Source: Moniliella sp. 'wahieum' (taxonomy: Eukaryota). Taken from it: a stretch of 64,000 nt of DNA. Location: assembly GCA_003971905.1 (NCBI GenBank), contig RSEE01000035.1:310001-374000 (forward strand). Direction: 5' to 3'. The notes under the pieces are model-generated. The model searched no databases. It worked only from the letters and a program-made list of their open reading frames with translations, and was not told the DNA's origin. Below, in pieces: positions 25,841 to 39,900 of the stretch. Position 1 is the stretch's first letter. Every line of letters starts with the position of its first letter. The position numbers and the translations under genes were made by a program.

Positions 25841-27879
25841 TGACCTTGGGGTTGCTTCTCTCTCCTTTTTGTCCCAGTCCCTCGACTCGTGTATGCACCG
25901 CTGTCGATACCAAGCTGCCGTCCACGCACTTTGCTCGTGTGATTATCCATTGTCCCTCTCCGTATATATTCATCAATCATCATCTCAGTTGTTGCCTTCT
26001 TACATCTCTCGTAAAAACTCATGCACCCTGTCATCTTTTCCCATCTCTTCTGCCTGTCTGGCTCCGTTGCTTGGTCCCCACAAGTAGCGACGCCATGATT
26101 TGAGACGCGTATATGCGAGTTTATGCTTTTTACCGTTAATATAGGGGTCGCGTTTCTTTGGCTCAGTGTAGTTTTGTAAATGAGATGTGAATGCAATGAA
26201 ACAGTATACGATAGGCAATAAGCTCCAGGAGTGTCTTTTTACTACTAGAATTGGTACGACGATCTGTGGTGCATCATCAGCACATCATGCACGTCATGAT
26301 GATCTATAAAGGACTGCTACATGTTACAGACCTGCATTGCTAGGGGCACAAGCTCGACAATGACCATCTGCCGTTCGTCTCGTGGCTCGAACGTGATGGC
26401 CGTGCCGTAAAAAGCATCGCCACACCTATCAGTTTTGCCGGTATTGCATATCCTACAGCAGGTCCTACAGAGCCCACAACACCCTGGCTCAATATATGCT
26501 CAAAACGCCACAACAGCCGGCGGGGATACCGAGGGTCGATCGCAGCAAAAGACGTAATCAAATCGAGATAATAATAGAAGGGATCAGAGCGGTGCCAGTA
26601 CTCGTTACAGGTTTCCGATCGTTTTACCACCATGTGCGTGCATATACCTGTGCTTGCGGGCCCTCACTCGATAGTACCCTGACGGTTTGACGCCGCCCGT
26701 CCCTTGTGACTGGGTAACAAAACATAATATATGCTTCTGTTCGTGTAACATGCGTGCGCGTTACTAGTTACTCTGCTACAGGTGGTGGCGCGCGTGATGC
26801 ATTACGCATGCGTGACTCGCACGGGGCCTCTATTGTAGCCGCAAGCATTGTGCGTTGCGAGAATCGATGATCAATATTCAATCTCAGCTTCCCCACCCCA
26901 CCCACCAGCTCAACAGGCACAACAAGAGCTCTGGGGAGCTGTGCATGATGGCGATACAGAGGAGACCGGTGAGCGGTGAGCGCTGAGCTTAGGATGGAGG
27001 GGACGTGGTGTCGCATGTCGACCGTCGCAAGGCGACAGGAGAGAGACACGAACACGCGACACAAAAGCGCAGGCGTGATGACGATGACATGTGACGTGAG
27101 TGTGACATCAAGCACCACAAAAGACAGTGGCTGTTACGCGTTGCGGCGCGTTTCGCTTAGTACATCCTTAACTCCGGACTTACAGAGCCCCGCATTTCGT
27201 ACACTTCTCAGACCTCAGAATCTTAGATCTTATCGATCTCATCATCGACATCATCGACATGCATCTCTCATTGAAAACGTGCCACCGTCCCGTCAGCACC
27301 ACGCCAAGACGTCCCGCGGCAACACACCCGCAAAAGCACGATGAAGGTCCACAGGGGCTCAACGAGACAAAGGGATTATTAGTCATTGTCCCTATAGGGA
27401 AACCAGCATCTACTAGACTCCTGGGCCTGGCATGCCGACGGTTCACCTGAATTCTTCTATCTGAGCGGGGCTGCGTCCCAACCGTTCCAACTGCCAACAT
27501 AGCGGTGGTGGTCCTGGGAATACACCAGGGCCCCTTCTCGTCCATCCGCACCGTGCTTGTTTTCTTTTTTTTTCTCTTTTTTTTCTTCCCGCCTGGCACT
27601 TCACATTGAACAGCGCAAATCGATCGCTCCGCACCCACACAGTGCCAGACCAAGGGGCAAAACGCCCGCCAGGACCAGCAGGTCCTGCCATGCACGATGA
27701 CGCCGCGTGCGCGATTGAAGTTGGCGCTCTTTGCGAGCGAGGAGGATGGCGGTATCGTCGTCGACTCCATGCAAGCCTGGTTGGCCATGCGGGGCAAGCG
27801 GGTAAAACGCACGCACGGCTCTCGTTTCTGACCCCAGCTCCGACGGCCCACCTGCCTCGTCTCGCACAGGCAACTGGAC

Positions 27880-30206
27880 CGTAGTCAACGTATCCCCCAC
27901 CGGATGGTGGGGGGCAGGGATCAAGTCGATCTCCCTTCCGTTCTGAGCGGACGGGAGGCGGATGGTGCACGGCTCGTGGAGGCGGGGGCGGTAGGCGCGT
28001 CAGCGAGTTCCACGAGTGAAGACCGGCATTTGTGCCTGCTTGTCGGGGGACTGCCTGGGCGTTGGAGGGCAACGCAGCCAGGGCAAAAATTCGCCTGGGC
28101 TTGCGCACCAAAACATCGTCACCCATACCATCGATGGTAGCACAAATCCTGCTCCGGCTCCCAACAAGCCCACCCACTGTGCCGATGCAATAAACCGATC
28201 GCCTTCCGATCCCCATTGAGCCCACGTCGCAGCACAGGCGACGATAAGCCACAGCACCAAACCGCCCCACGCGTTGCGCAGTCGTCTTGCTCATTTTCGA
28301 GCCTCGCCACGCAGAAGGGCGCGCACTTCGGCGTAGTGACCGTCTTGACGTTCTTCGTGACACGCCCGCCGAGGAGGGCTCGCCTTCGGGATCGGTATCG
28401 GGAAGCTGGATTGGCACTTTGGACCAGGGCGGACGTTTGAATGGGTGCAGTCCCACCGATGCAGCACGCGGCTCCAGCTTGATCTTGCTGCAAGCAGGTT
28501 GAGCACACAATGGGAGGCCAGGAGAAAGACCATACTGACCCGAAGCAAGGTAAACTTATCCTCGTCCAGCGGGAAAGCGGCCAGTAGATTGGCCGGAGGG
28601 CGCGGATGAGATTCGTGTGCCTTTTCACCTATTTTCGCAGCGGCGGGAGGCGAAGGGAGCCTAACGCCAATGGGAAGCGCGACAACAGCACAAATGATTA
28701 GGACGCAGAACACCTGTCCCGCTTGGGCCGCCATGAACTGGGGCGTGTTGCTCGTCTGGCCCTGACCTGGACGAAGAGAGCGGGCGTGCTGCACCATTTG
28801 GGTCGGTGACCACTGAGCGTAAGCACAGGCACAGCGACCAGGCCCCCCTACCGACGGTGGCTGCCACGGGTCCCATCCTGGCCCGGGCCCGGTCCAACGA
28901 AAGTCCCAAGGCGGATGTTGATTGGGATTGCGGACGTGGCCATCCGACTTGCCGATGAGGAGGAGTCGGAATCGGCAGTGGCCGAAAGCAGAATGAGCAG
29001 GAGAGGATAGACCAACACGGCAAGCCAGGCATTGAGCTTGATGATGTTTCCTTGGCCAGAGGCAAGGCAAGGAGGGCAAATGTGGGCAGAGCAGAAATTC
29101 CAAAGGTGGCCGTCGCCCGAGATGTTAATATGAGAGCAAGCCATTTGGCTGCGCTGGAAGCGGGGTCAATTGACTGCGCCCACGTGAGTAAGAGCTGGTG
29201 GCTCGTCTCGGCCAAGCCAAAGTAGGCGAGGGCAGCAGAGCCTGTAGTGTAGAGAGCGAGCCAGATGCCAGCTAGGACACGGGCTGTGGCGCTACACCAA
29301 CCGCGACTGTGAGAACCAATGAGGCCGTCAGGTCGAGGGGCGGGGGCGAAGCCCTCGGCGACGATGGCCTCAATGTTCTTGGCCTGCACGTACCGCCCGA
29401 GCACAACCCACAGCCCGCCTCCCACCCCGCCCAAGAGAGCAACCGACACCAAGCCAGGCATTGAAGCAGGGCCTGCGGCCCATGCATAGGTCGGAGCGGC
29501 AAGGAGCACGGCTGGATGAAGAGCATTGGAAAAGAGGTTCAGCCCGACTGATAAGGGTGACAAGCCTGAGAAGACAGCGGGTGTACGGCGCTTGCGGCCG
29601 TGCACAAGAGCGTTCCAGAGGCGACTGCGCACTTGCATGTGGAAGAGGCCACGGAGAGCACCAACGCTGGAGTAGTCGGTCGGCGCCGGTGTACTGGGGC
29701 TGGCAGAGCGGAGCAAAGGGGCTGTCTCCCCATCAGCGATGTCACTGTCGTTATCATCAGCAACCCGGTCATGATCTGGGTCGGCGCCAACCAGGAGGGT
29801 GCGGGTGTGGCTGAGGTCCTCATGGGACGAGAAAGATGCGGCGTCGTCCTCATCGTCATCGTCTGACACATCCCACGCGTGGCGGGTATCGTCGTCCAAC
29901 GCGGCGTGGGTGTCAGGGACAGCAGGGAGACGCGCATCCGAGGGGGGGGCGGAGGCGAGGGGTGGTCGCCCGGATGGGCTGGGCCGTGATGGAGGCTGCC
30001 GCTGGGCGAAGGAGGCGCAGGGGGCGGGCTGGAGACGGCGGGGGGGTGGGCGAGGGTGAGGACAGTGGTGTCGAGGTGGCAGGCTGGCGGGGGGGCTGGG
30101 CGAGGCGGAGCGGGTGGGGGGTGGGGCGGAGGCGGGGGTGCATGCTGTAGGTGGAGGCAGGCGAGCTGAGGCCGGCGCGTGTGGTGTGGGGGGCGCCGCT
30201 GCCCAT
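27880..30206 (-). CDS. Multi-pass membrane protein, probable AVT-like amino acid transporter (Aa_trans family)
   Basis: Long disordered/acidic N-terminus with an ETAPLL dileucine-like motif, followed by many hydrophobic segments (LFSNALHPAVLLAAPTYA, GGLWVVLGRYV, WLALYTTGSAALAYF, VFCVLIICAVVALP). Frameshifted. Confidence 0.6.
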
Positions 30207-30952
30207 GGCGGCGAGGCAGGCGAGGCCGGGGGGATGGGAGCGCGAGGGAGGCCGACGGGCGGCGCAGTGGCGGAGCGGCTGCTGGGGCGGGGAGCGGCGG
30301 GCGGGCGTGCGATGGGGCGATGGGCGGTTCGATTAGGCCGCCCAGGTCACGTGCCTGGGGCGCACACTGCGATGCGCGCTAAACATTTCATTTGCGCTAT
30401 GAATGAGCACCCCGTCTGAGTTATAACCCACTCCTCTGTGCCTGGTTGTTCCTGACGGTCTGCCCCGTCGTATCCAGGCGGCACAGGTCTGCCTCCGGCT
30501 TCTTCCTCCCCGTATGGATCTGACTAAACCGGATCTTCTGGTACAGACCCACATGCCGCATCCTCCACCGCCACCACATCATCAAGACAAAACAGGTGAA
30601 TGCAATGCCAACAGAACTCAGGGGTGCCAAGGTGCAGAGGGAGAGAAAGAGGGAGCAGAGGCAGGAAGAGCGCGCTAGGGTGGTGGACGATTAGGGATGC
30701 GGCAAGTCGAGTGCGGAGGTGAAAAAAAGCACAGCCAAAGAGTTCATTCGGGTTGGGCAGCAGGCTGCGTCGACTGCGGATCGTGTCCCACCCTCCTGTC
30801 CAGGTGGGCATCGGCCTCTGGGCACGGAAGGATAGCTGCGCTGCCTGAGGACGGGGCACGCCCTGATGGAGCAAGCCAAAGCCGCTGGCGGCCGGCAGGA
30901 ACGAGGGAGGTTGATCGATGCTTTGCATTGTATAGATTAGGGGGCAACAATG

Positions 30953-33900
30953 TTACCCATGGTGGTGATGGTGATGGTTATGGTGATGGTGCTGGTGGTG
31001 ACGTTGATGATCATGATGATGATAATGACGATGATGATGATGATAGCGATGGCGATGGCGATGACGATGACGATGACGGCGATACCTGATGGGATCACTG
31101 GTCCTGTGTACCGTCCACTGCTCCTGCTCGCACACTTGCTCCAACAACCCCGGCAGGGCCGAGGCGGGCGCGGCGCTGCCGCCGCCCACACCGCTTGTTG
31201 CAGCTGGCTGCGCGTATCGGGCGGCGTTGTCGGAGGCGGCACCAGCAGCCCCGCCGAATGCACGACGAGTACTACGTTCTTCATCGTCTCTGCGACCGCT
31301 TCTTCTCCTACTCCTGCCCCCCACGCGTCCGTCGTGCCACGACCAGCATCCGACGGAATAAGTCCAGCGTCGGCTCCCACACTGACACCAGCCCCGCGCC
31401 GTCGTCGGCTGCTAGCGTCGGCAGGTACGCCAGCAGTGCTTTGCCCAGCATGGCCGCCAGCCGCTCCCGCGTCCCCCAGCCCACCAGCCGCGTCCACCTG
31501 GTCTGCACTCGGGCTCAGCACCATGTCGAGGGCGGGAAAGACGGTGGCATGGAGCAAGCTCGCTACCGCCGCGCCCCTCTTTGCATTGTCCGGCAGCGAG
31601 TCCAGCAGCTCTGGTGCCAGCAATACCTTTTGTAGCAGTCCCACTGCTTCGTGCCGCGCAGCGCGGAAGCCATTCAGCACCTGCTGAGCCAGCGCGTCCA
31701 GCATAGCCATCCACAGCCGGCTCCACACTTTGCTCCGCTCTTCTGCCGGCTCGGCCGTGGCCGCTGCTGAGCTGGGATCCGTTGCTTCCCTCGCTCCTCC
31801 CACCGTCATCGTCGCGAGCGGCGGTAATTGTGCCAGCAATCGTGGCACCTCATGTCTCAATTCGCCCAGGACCGCCAACGCACCGAGTCCTCGCTGTTGA
31901 GCCGCTGCATCGTACTCCGCTTGTTCCTTCTTTTCGGTCAAAGTGCGCCGGGTGGCTGTCTTGTTCGCGTGTGCTTGTGCTCGCGCCACCGCCACCACAT
32001 CCGAGGTCCGGGCAAACTCTCGTAGCAGACCCACTACGCCGCCATAGTTGGCCAGCGACAGCAACGAAGGCCGCGACTCGGTTCCAAGGGCCAGATCACG
32101 GAGCACCACCAAAGCCTCCGTTGCGGCCTCCGCGTTGCGTGCAAAGGCACATTGCCCTATCAGCGTCAAAACTACGTTCCACTCGGTGGGGTGGACCAAG
32201 AGCGCAGCGCCCCGCGTGGCAAGCAGTGCGCCGAGTCCGAGGATCAGCTGTTCTGCCATGGCTGGCACCAGGTCGGGCGGGATGGCACGGAGCGCATCAA
32301 GTGCCACCAGCGCCTCATCCCGTACCGCCCTCGGTGCAGGCACGATCACCATCGGTTCTGCTGGAGTGGCCGACAACGGAGCCGGTTCAGCTTCTTCCTC
32401 TGTTGGGATTGGTGAACGGCCAACAAACGAAGCACGCTCACCACCGCTCGCTCAACCAGCAAGGGATGGAAGCGCGTCGCGTCAGAGAGCACTGCAACAA
32501 AGTGCCCCATAGCCAGACGCCAGGCTGGCTCCGAAGGCGCACGAGCCGAGACGACGAGCTGTGTCAGACGCTCTTGTAGGAACATGGCCGCTGGCTCGTA
32601 CGGTAGCTGCCCACGGACCAGTTGGACCCTGGACGCGAGGTAGACCGAGGCGTGGGGCTGACCCACCTGTCGCCACATCCCCTGACCGACGTGGGTTGAG
32701 CTGCCTGACTCGGGCCCCAATGCCAGTTTGGCCGCGCCCGCAAGGCGGTCGAGGGTGTGCAATCGGTCAACCACGAGCCGAGGCGACCGCTTGAACCAAC
32801 CTTTCGCCGTCTAGGTCGCCATCTGGGCAAGATATCTCAATCCGGCATGAGGCAAGGCAGTCGAGCGTGCAGAGTGTCGCCTCGACATCCTCCGCTGTCA
32901 CATCAGGCGGAGGAGGGTAGGCAGTTCTGTAGATTCCAATGAACCCGCTCCGCCCGGGCCCGCCTGCCAACAGATACGACGACAGCGTGGAGAAGAGACC
33001 GCCTTGTCCGCGCGAATCGGGGGGAGGGGCATGGGCCAATCGTTTAGGCCGAAGTGGGATGTCCTCGGCCGGCTTGCCGAACAAAAACATACTGCCCAGC
33101 TCGGCAGGCACGAGGGAATGAGCAAATAGGTTCTTGGCAATCCGCAAGATTGCCGGCCACGACGTTTGGATCGAATGACCGTTCCCATTGGCAATGTTAA
33201 ACAGTACCACGGCAGCCATCTGCCCTTTAAAGTTGAGCCCAAACCCAACACTCAACGGACCGACGACCAACACGTCGGGCTCTGCGCCTCGGCGAACGAG
33301 ACTGCAGCGTCGGTTTCGATCGTTCTCCTTCCTTGATGAGTGAAGGAGCTGTTGTCGCTCCACATGGGCATTGTTGACCCCTACACTCAGAGAATCGTCC
33401 AGCAGCCCTGTCGCGTCTGCCAACGTCTGGGCCATAAAGTCAAACAGTTCAACCATACCAAACTGCGAGGCAAAGCGCGGCACATTGGCGGAACCAGCAA
33501 TCGCACGTTCCAAGAGTGCTCGTCACGGAACGTAGAGAAACCCTGCGCCAGGGCAGCAACAAGCGGACGCCAAGAACGTTCGAACAGTGTCCGGTCAAAC
33601 GCGTTAGTCGAGCACGGCACCAAGTGGGGCACGTCGGACGCGCGCGTGCGCCCCAACAACTCTCTCCAAGCAAAGTCGAACCCAGCGCCAGCATGCTCCT
33701 CGGGCATGATGATCTCCCTGTTTGATCGACTCGTACAGCTCAGCGAGGAGGTCTTGGTCAAAGTCCTTGCCGTCGTTGACTCCGCGTAGGTTCTTCCGGT
33801 AATCATCCAGCTTCATCCGGCGCTTAGCTGCTTGCGGGTTATGTTGGTCGGTGTTGAGCATAATCACTGAAAATGCCAACACATACACCCCGTCCGAAGA

Positions 33901-36638
33901 AGCAATGCCGGGCGGACCAAAGCTAAAGTAATGCGACGCAAACGTCTCGGTGATGCGCGATATTTGCTGTGCCTCGCCGGGTAAGCGGAACGATTCCAGG
34001 AGCGTGCGCAGGCCGTCGGCGACATTGCAACCGCTAAAGTCAAACAAGCCTACAAACTTCTCGAGAATGCCCGTGTTCGCGGGCGCGGCGAGATATTCAC
34101 CTAACCCCTTCTTGTCCAGGCGCGGACAGGAACGTAGGAAGCGGGCAATGGCCAAATCATCCGCGGATTTGGCAGCTTCGTCGGCCGAGTCAACTGGTGG
34201 TGCGGAGGGTAGCATCCCATGGTCCCGGAAGAAGGCGATCCCGTTCTTGGGCTTGCGGTTGAACTCCTCAGCACCGGCGAGGAGGGTAGCTTTGCGCTCC
34301 TTTTTCTCGGCCAACTGGGCAGGCGGTAGGAGGGCAGTGGGCCAAAGCTCTGTCTGAGGAAAGTCGGGGTTTTGTTGGCGAGAATAGAGGGCCTGGACGA
34401 GGCCAATAATTGCATCCAGCGCGACCATTTGCAGCCCATCTTGGCCTTGGCTTGAATTGGCCTGGCCCTGGGTTGAAGCTGGCTGCTGGGCAAAAACAGC
34501 ACGAGACCAAAAGCGCACCAGCTGTTCGACCAAGTTCTCAGCGTCCACTTCCACATCATAGTTGGCCCATAGCGTCACATAGGCATCACCGCCCACACGA
34601 GAGAGACTGCTAAGAAGGCTGCACAGTGCCTCGACATACAGCTCTCTCAGTTCGCCCGCCAGCGGCGCCTTGCCACTTGATTTTGGTTGCGGTGGAGGCG
34701 GTGGAGGCGGGGGCGGGGGCGGCATGGTGCCAAGAGTCGGGGTAGCAGGGGAGGAGCGAGGCAAAGACAAAATGGGGTCGGTGCTTCCGTGTTCCTTCCA
34801 AGGCTCCAGGGGAAGTGGGAAGGTGGGCGCCAATTTGACAAAGATCTCTTTCAGGAAGAACTCGAGCTGGAACTTGAGCCAGTAGCCAGCCGAGTCAAAC
34901 AGCGTCTGGATGATGCGAAGGGAATAGTGACAATGTTGGGATTGTCACATTGCGCCAACTGGAAGAGGAACTTGCACGCCGTGTCTTGCATCTGGGTTCG
35001 GAGCGTGTCGGACCGAGCAAAAAGAGAGGTGCCATGAGCCTCGACGAGGGCCATCATCACGTTCATTCCAAGGAACCGCATTGCATCTGTCGTCTCCCCG
35101 CACGGGGGTCCAGAAGAGCGATAATGACCTGCAGAATGTTCGAGAGGGCTGTCACGTCGTAGCTTGGGGCCGAATCTGGCACAATCACGGGTACAGGGGC
35201 GGGCGCTGGGGCAGATGCGTCAACCTCCGGCGTCATATCAGCCTCGATTGCGCGTTGGTCCTCCACCTCAACTTTTTGTTCGGCAGACGATACCGAGCCT
35301 CCATTAGTCTCTGTCATCGCAGGAGCCAACCCGGCACTCGGGATTTCGTGACTCTTGGGGTCAGGCAGGGTCATGCGACGCATTCTCTGAAGGTCACCCT
35401 CGGAAAGGTCCAATTGCTCGCTCGAATACGACGCCTGGGCAGAAGAATCCGACAACTCAATTGCTGAGAAGGTAAGTCATCAAGCTTGTTAAAGAGAGTC
35501 CGGACAATTTGGCACAGTGTCTGATTGGCCGAGCGGCGGAGCACATCTGAAGGAAAATTGCGCGTCAGTAGTCGGAGTGAATGGCAGGCAATGAAAATGA
35601 CACACCACTTAAACGGGTTGACAAGCCATGCTAAGCGCTGTCTCCACAATCTCGCACACTGCCTCATTCGGAAACACCAAGGCAGGAGAGGCGTCGGGGT
35701 GAGAGGGACAAACAAGCTGGCGCATGAGAGACAGGATGCGGAACAACACCAGCTCGTCAGCCACTGGGTCACTGGCCTCAAAACGGCAGTGGTAACGGCA
35801 TGTGCCACATCCACAACCGCAGCTTGGTGTGAAGCATCGCCGGTTGCCGGGATGAGGCCATGCAGCAGCATGCGGTCCAGGGCTTGGAGTGCTGCCGACG
35901 TCACTGCTCCGCTCGTGCGAGGACAAAGAACGGTCTTGACAAAGGGGGATACGAGCAAGGGAGAGGCAAAGACTGTACCTCGCCCACCTCGCGCAGCTGC
36001 GCTTTGAGTATTACAAAGGAGGCCAACAGACCTGTCTCCGAATTGTCCTGAGCAATCGCCTCCAAACCGCCGCTGGGCACAGGCGTGGGGTGGGCGTGGA
36101 CATGGGCTGGGGCGAAGGCATCGGCGGAGCGAAGTCTTGGGCGGCGGAAGACGCGGTGCTGATCCCCAATCCGGAAACCGGAGTGGAGGCGGGGATTCCA
36201 GTGGCTAGGTAGGAGAGACGGCGGTCGTGGTTGTGGGCTAGAGGTGGGGCCGGCACGTCATCGGGCCCCGCATCTGATGAGAACGGCGTGGTTCCCGCTG
36301 CCCCAGGGGAGGGGAAGGGCATAGGCAAGGGCGCGTTGGGCAGCTTCAGTGGCGAAGGCAGTCAGGGCGAGGGCCGAGGTATCGGTATGGACGAGGAGAG
36401 CCGCATAAGACGTGGCTGGGGCAGCGGCGGCGGCGGAAAAGTAGCCACGCTCGCGCGCTCGCGCGGCCCGGCGCAGGGCCGAACTGACAGTGGTGACTTC
36501 TGCCTCGACGAGGTGCTCGGCATGCGCCGCGAGCATGAAGGGCGATGCAATGGCGATGCTGGCGGCGATGTCGGCGGCGATGCTCGGCTCGATGCTCGCT
36601 GCTGTTTGTGGCAGCCACGTGGAGCCAACCGACACCAT
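30953..36638 (-). CDS. GEA2: Large Sec7-domain Arf-GEF, GBF1/Gea1-Gea2 type
   Basis: Sec7 domain at about 33720-34270 (FNRKPKNGI..LDKKGLGEYL..FRLPGEAQQISRI..VYVLAFSVIMLNTDQHNPQ..KNLRGVNDGKDF). N-terminal DCB features (PF..SGAVTSAAL, CRFEASD..DELVL), HUS-like LWANYD motif and HDS GLNFKGQMAAVVLFNIAN. Multiple frameshifts. Confidence 0.92.
30958..31080. repeat. Imperfect (GAT/GGT/GAC)n trinucleotide tract
   Basis: Runs such as ggtgatggtgatgg..gatgatgatgat..gatggcgatgacgatgac. Confidence 0.85.
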
Positions 36639-36945
36639 TGTGCCTTAACCCTAGTGCTTTTCTTTTTTGCTTTTCGACGCGAAGTGACTTCAAAAAAGGC
36701 ACTGCACCCTTCGTGTTATTTACACTCTTCCTTCTTTACGCACTACTTTTGACAGGAAATGCAGAGCCATGCTACGCCACACCCATTCGCATTCTCCCTT
36801 CGTCTTTGACAACTGACCTGGCAATACCCCTTTTTCTGCAAGTCTACTCATTCATGCTCAATCCTTCTCAATAATCAGCATCAACAGGCAATAGAATTAC
36901 GTTTGCGCTCACACAGAGAGGTCGATGAGGTATTTGTGTTAGAGG

Positions 36946-39900
36946 TGTGCTAGGGTTCCCTTGTACGGCCCTCAATGGATCGGTGACGCTCGCCTAGCCG
37001 AGCGAAGCGTTCCGCCGCAGACCCCGCACGCCCTGCTCGCTCCATCTCCCTTCTCTCTCTCCTTTCCCCTTCCCTTCAGACGTTGCTTGAAGACTTGTGG
37101 CTCACCACTTTGCCTTCACGCCTTGTCTGAAGGCTGCTTTGCAGCTGATCCATAGGATTGCGAGTGCTCCCGAGTCGCACTCTAGCAATTTGTACCAGGC
37201 GTTGCTTTCCCCTAGCCTGAGACACCGAAGGGGGTACACTGCCCCCATGCCAAAGCGCCCAGCATCCGCTTTCCCGCCCACGCTGACCTAAGCGGGTGGG
37301 CGCTCGCCTTGCAACGTTTCAACAAGCGTGGAAATTGGCCCCGCCGTAACGCGTAACACGGTTCCTCCGCGCCTCGGCCAAGTCCACTCCTCCTGCTCGC
37401 CCAAGCAAGGCCCAACGACGAAAACAACCAACAGCCACCATCCCACCATGGTCCCTCCCCCTTCCCCGCGCCCACGCCCATCCGCCCGCAGGCGCTCCCA
37501 TCGCCCCACTCCCCTGCGCAATGATGGCCGCGCCGCTGCCAACCGCGCGCCCCGTCGCGGGCGCCGTACTCCGGCCTTGCGCCGCACCCCCGCTGCTGTT
37601 GCCGCTCGCGCCGCGAGGCTAGTAGCGGCACCCCTCTTGTTGGGATAGAGAGGGCCGTGGATGCAGACGGCGCTGACATTGTCGTCCCCGAAGAAGACGA
37701 CGAAGACGACTATGGCTTCTCCGATGATGACGATGATGACATGACTCTCGGCCGCGACGCAGGGCTGGAGAACCTGGACGATCCGGTCCAACTGCAAGAG
37801 GAACTGTGTGAGACTCTCAAAATTTACGGCGTCGAGTTATCGATTTCCAACTCGGATTTCCAAGCGCTTAAAGACAGCGTGGGCAAAGAGGACTTAACTG
37901 ATGCTGACGCTGTCATTTATATGCCTGGACCCGAAGGATCAGACAGACAAAGTACCGGTGCTGTCCACGCTTGGGGCCCCCGAACCGGCTGGTGAAGTGG
38001 AGGACTATGAACCAGGCGTAGATTTTCAAGGGTTCCTCTTGGAACATGCCCGCAATGGAGGCGACCTGGGAACCACATTACGTGGAGTAACATCCAAAAA
38101 ACCCATCGCGCCGTCGACCTTGCGCAAATATCAGTCTGCGATACGACGGTTTGTCCATTTTCTCGCCCTCCCATGCATGCGAACTTTTCGCGACTGCCTC
38201 GAGAAGAAAACCAACCGCACGGCGTTTGCAGTCAATCTTTGGTTTTTCAAAACGTTAATGTTCGAGCGTGTCAAATTTGACACGCTGTCTGGGCGGCACG
38301 CCGCCTTGCTGTGGTGGTTCGACATGACCTATCCCGACTGTAGCTCCCCCCACTTCTTTGACTGGAAAACTTTCGTGGGCAATCCAGTGCGCAACAACGA
38401 GCTGGTCGCAATGATGCGCACAGCTCACAACCGCCATCGACGTGATCCACGTGTGTCGCATTCTTCCAACGCGATCCGGTATTGGGACTTGGTAGAAATC
38501 ATTGATGTCCTGGAGGATCAGTTGAAGCGGGCAATGCCTGACCCTTCCTTCATCGCCAGGGCCGGAGGGGCTCCAGTATTTAACCCGTCCGAAACCAAGC
38601 CCCTTATGCTGCTGACGGCGTGCATCCTCGCGTACCGTATGTGGCTTCGCTCACGTGAGGTATTGGACCTGAAGTGGAGAGACATTAAAAATCATCACGA
38701 GGCGGTCGCAGGAGACGCGCTTTCGGTTACGTGAGTGGACCTTCTTCGTTACTGTTCCCACTCTGACATGTCTTTTCTTTCGAAGGGTCACGTTTCACAG
38801 GACCAATCAGCACAACCCAGAAAACAGACAGAGATATCTTCTCTTCGATCTGGTTGGGCGACCGAGGGCCAGTGCTGTGCAGATCATGAGGCGCTGGAGG
38901 GAGCACTGCCAGCTGTTTGGGTACCAGTTGGAGGATGACGAGTATGTGTTTCCTCAGCTTGCGAGAAATGCGTCCTTCCCTAGGCATCGCCGCACGGACG
39001 ATGCGCCCTTTCCTCGAGCGACGGCGGCTTTCACCTACAAGACGTTCAGTGGATGGCTCAAGCAAACCATGCGTTGCAATCCCCACTTCAGAAACATTAC
39101 TGGTCATTATACTATTCATGGGTTTCGGCGTGGTGGTGCGCAAGATGCTTTTAACTTTGCCGAGGAATATGGCGAGCGGCCTAAGACCCTCCAACAGGTT
39201 CGCTGGTGGGGTGGGTGGTCACGGCTCAACAATTTGCCCTGGTTCGTTATGTTTTGGACCAAAGGGGGGCTATCGAGCACAGGTGCGATCACATGGAAGT
39301 TGAAGTTTCTGTGGGTCGGCATGCCATCTCAGAGACTGGCCTTCCCCTCAGCGATGTCGAACGCATTGTGCTTAACGTCGAAGAGCGCATGGGACGGCGG
39401 CTGGATGCGATTCCGGAGAGGACTGCAACACTTGTGAACCCGGAGCTCAAATTATTAACGGAAAGGATAGCGGGCCTCGAGCAAAGGCTCCAGGAAGCGA
39501 TGGAATGGACTGGGCATCAGACGGCGAGCATCTTCCAGGCGATAGTGGGCCTCGAGCAAAGGATTGGGCATCAGATGCTGCAGAACCCTTCGATGGGTAT
39601 TCGGCATCTGGTCGAAAATCCCAATCCTGGCGCGCCTGGAGGCCTGCGCCAAACGCCTGGCCCTTGGCCGTCAACAATACGCCTCCACCCCTGTATACTC
39701 TGCAGGCGCCTCGCCCTCCATCCATGCATGAGGTCTCTGCATTCCCGACGGCTCTTGATCATGCTAGGGTTCCACCCATTGCATTTCCCACTAATGGTGC
39801 TCCATCGCCTGCACCTGCTCCTGCTCCTGCACCTGCTCCTGCACCTGCTCCTGCACCTGCACCTGCTCCTGCTCCTGCTCCTGCTCTTACTCCATCGCCT

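Noticed and set aside
29930..30330. G-rich tracts as G-quadruplex regulatory elements (also 1640-1750 and 21890-21990)
   Set aside because: Largely explained by Pro-rich coding or adjacent leader sequence on the opposite strand.
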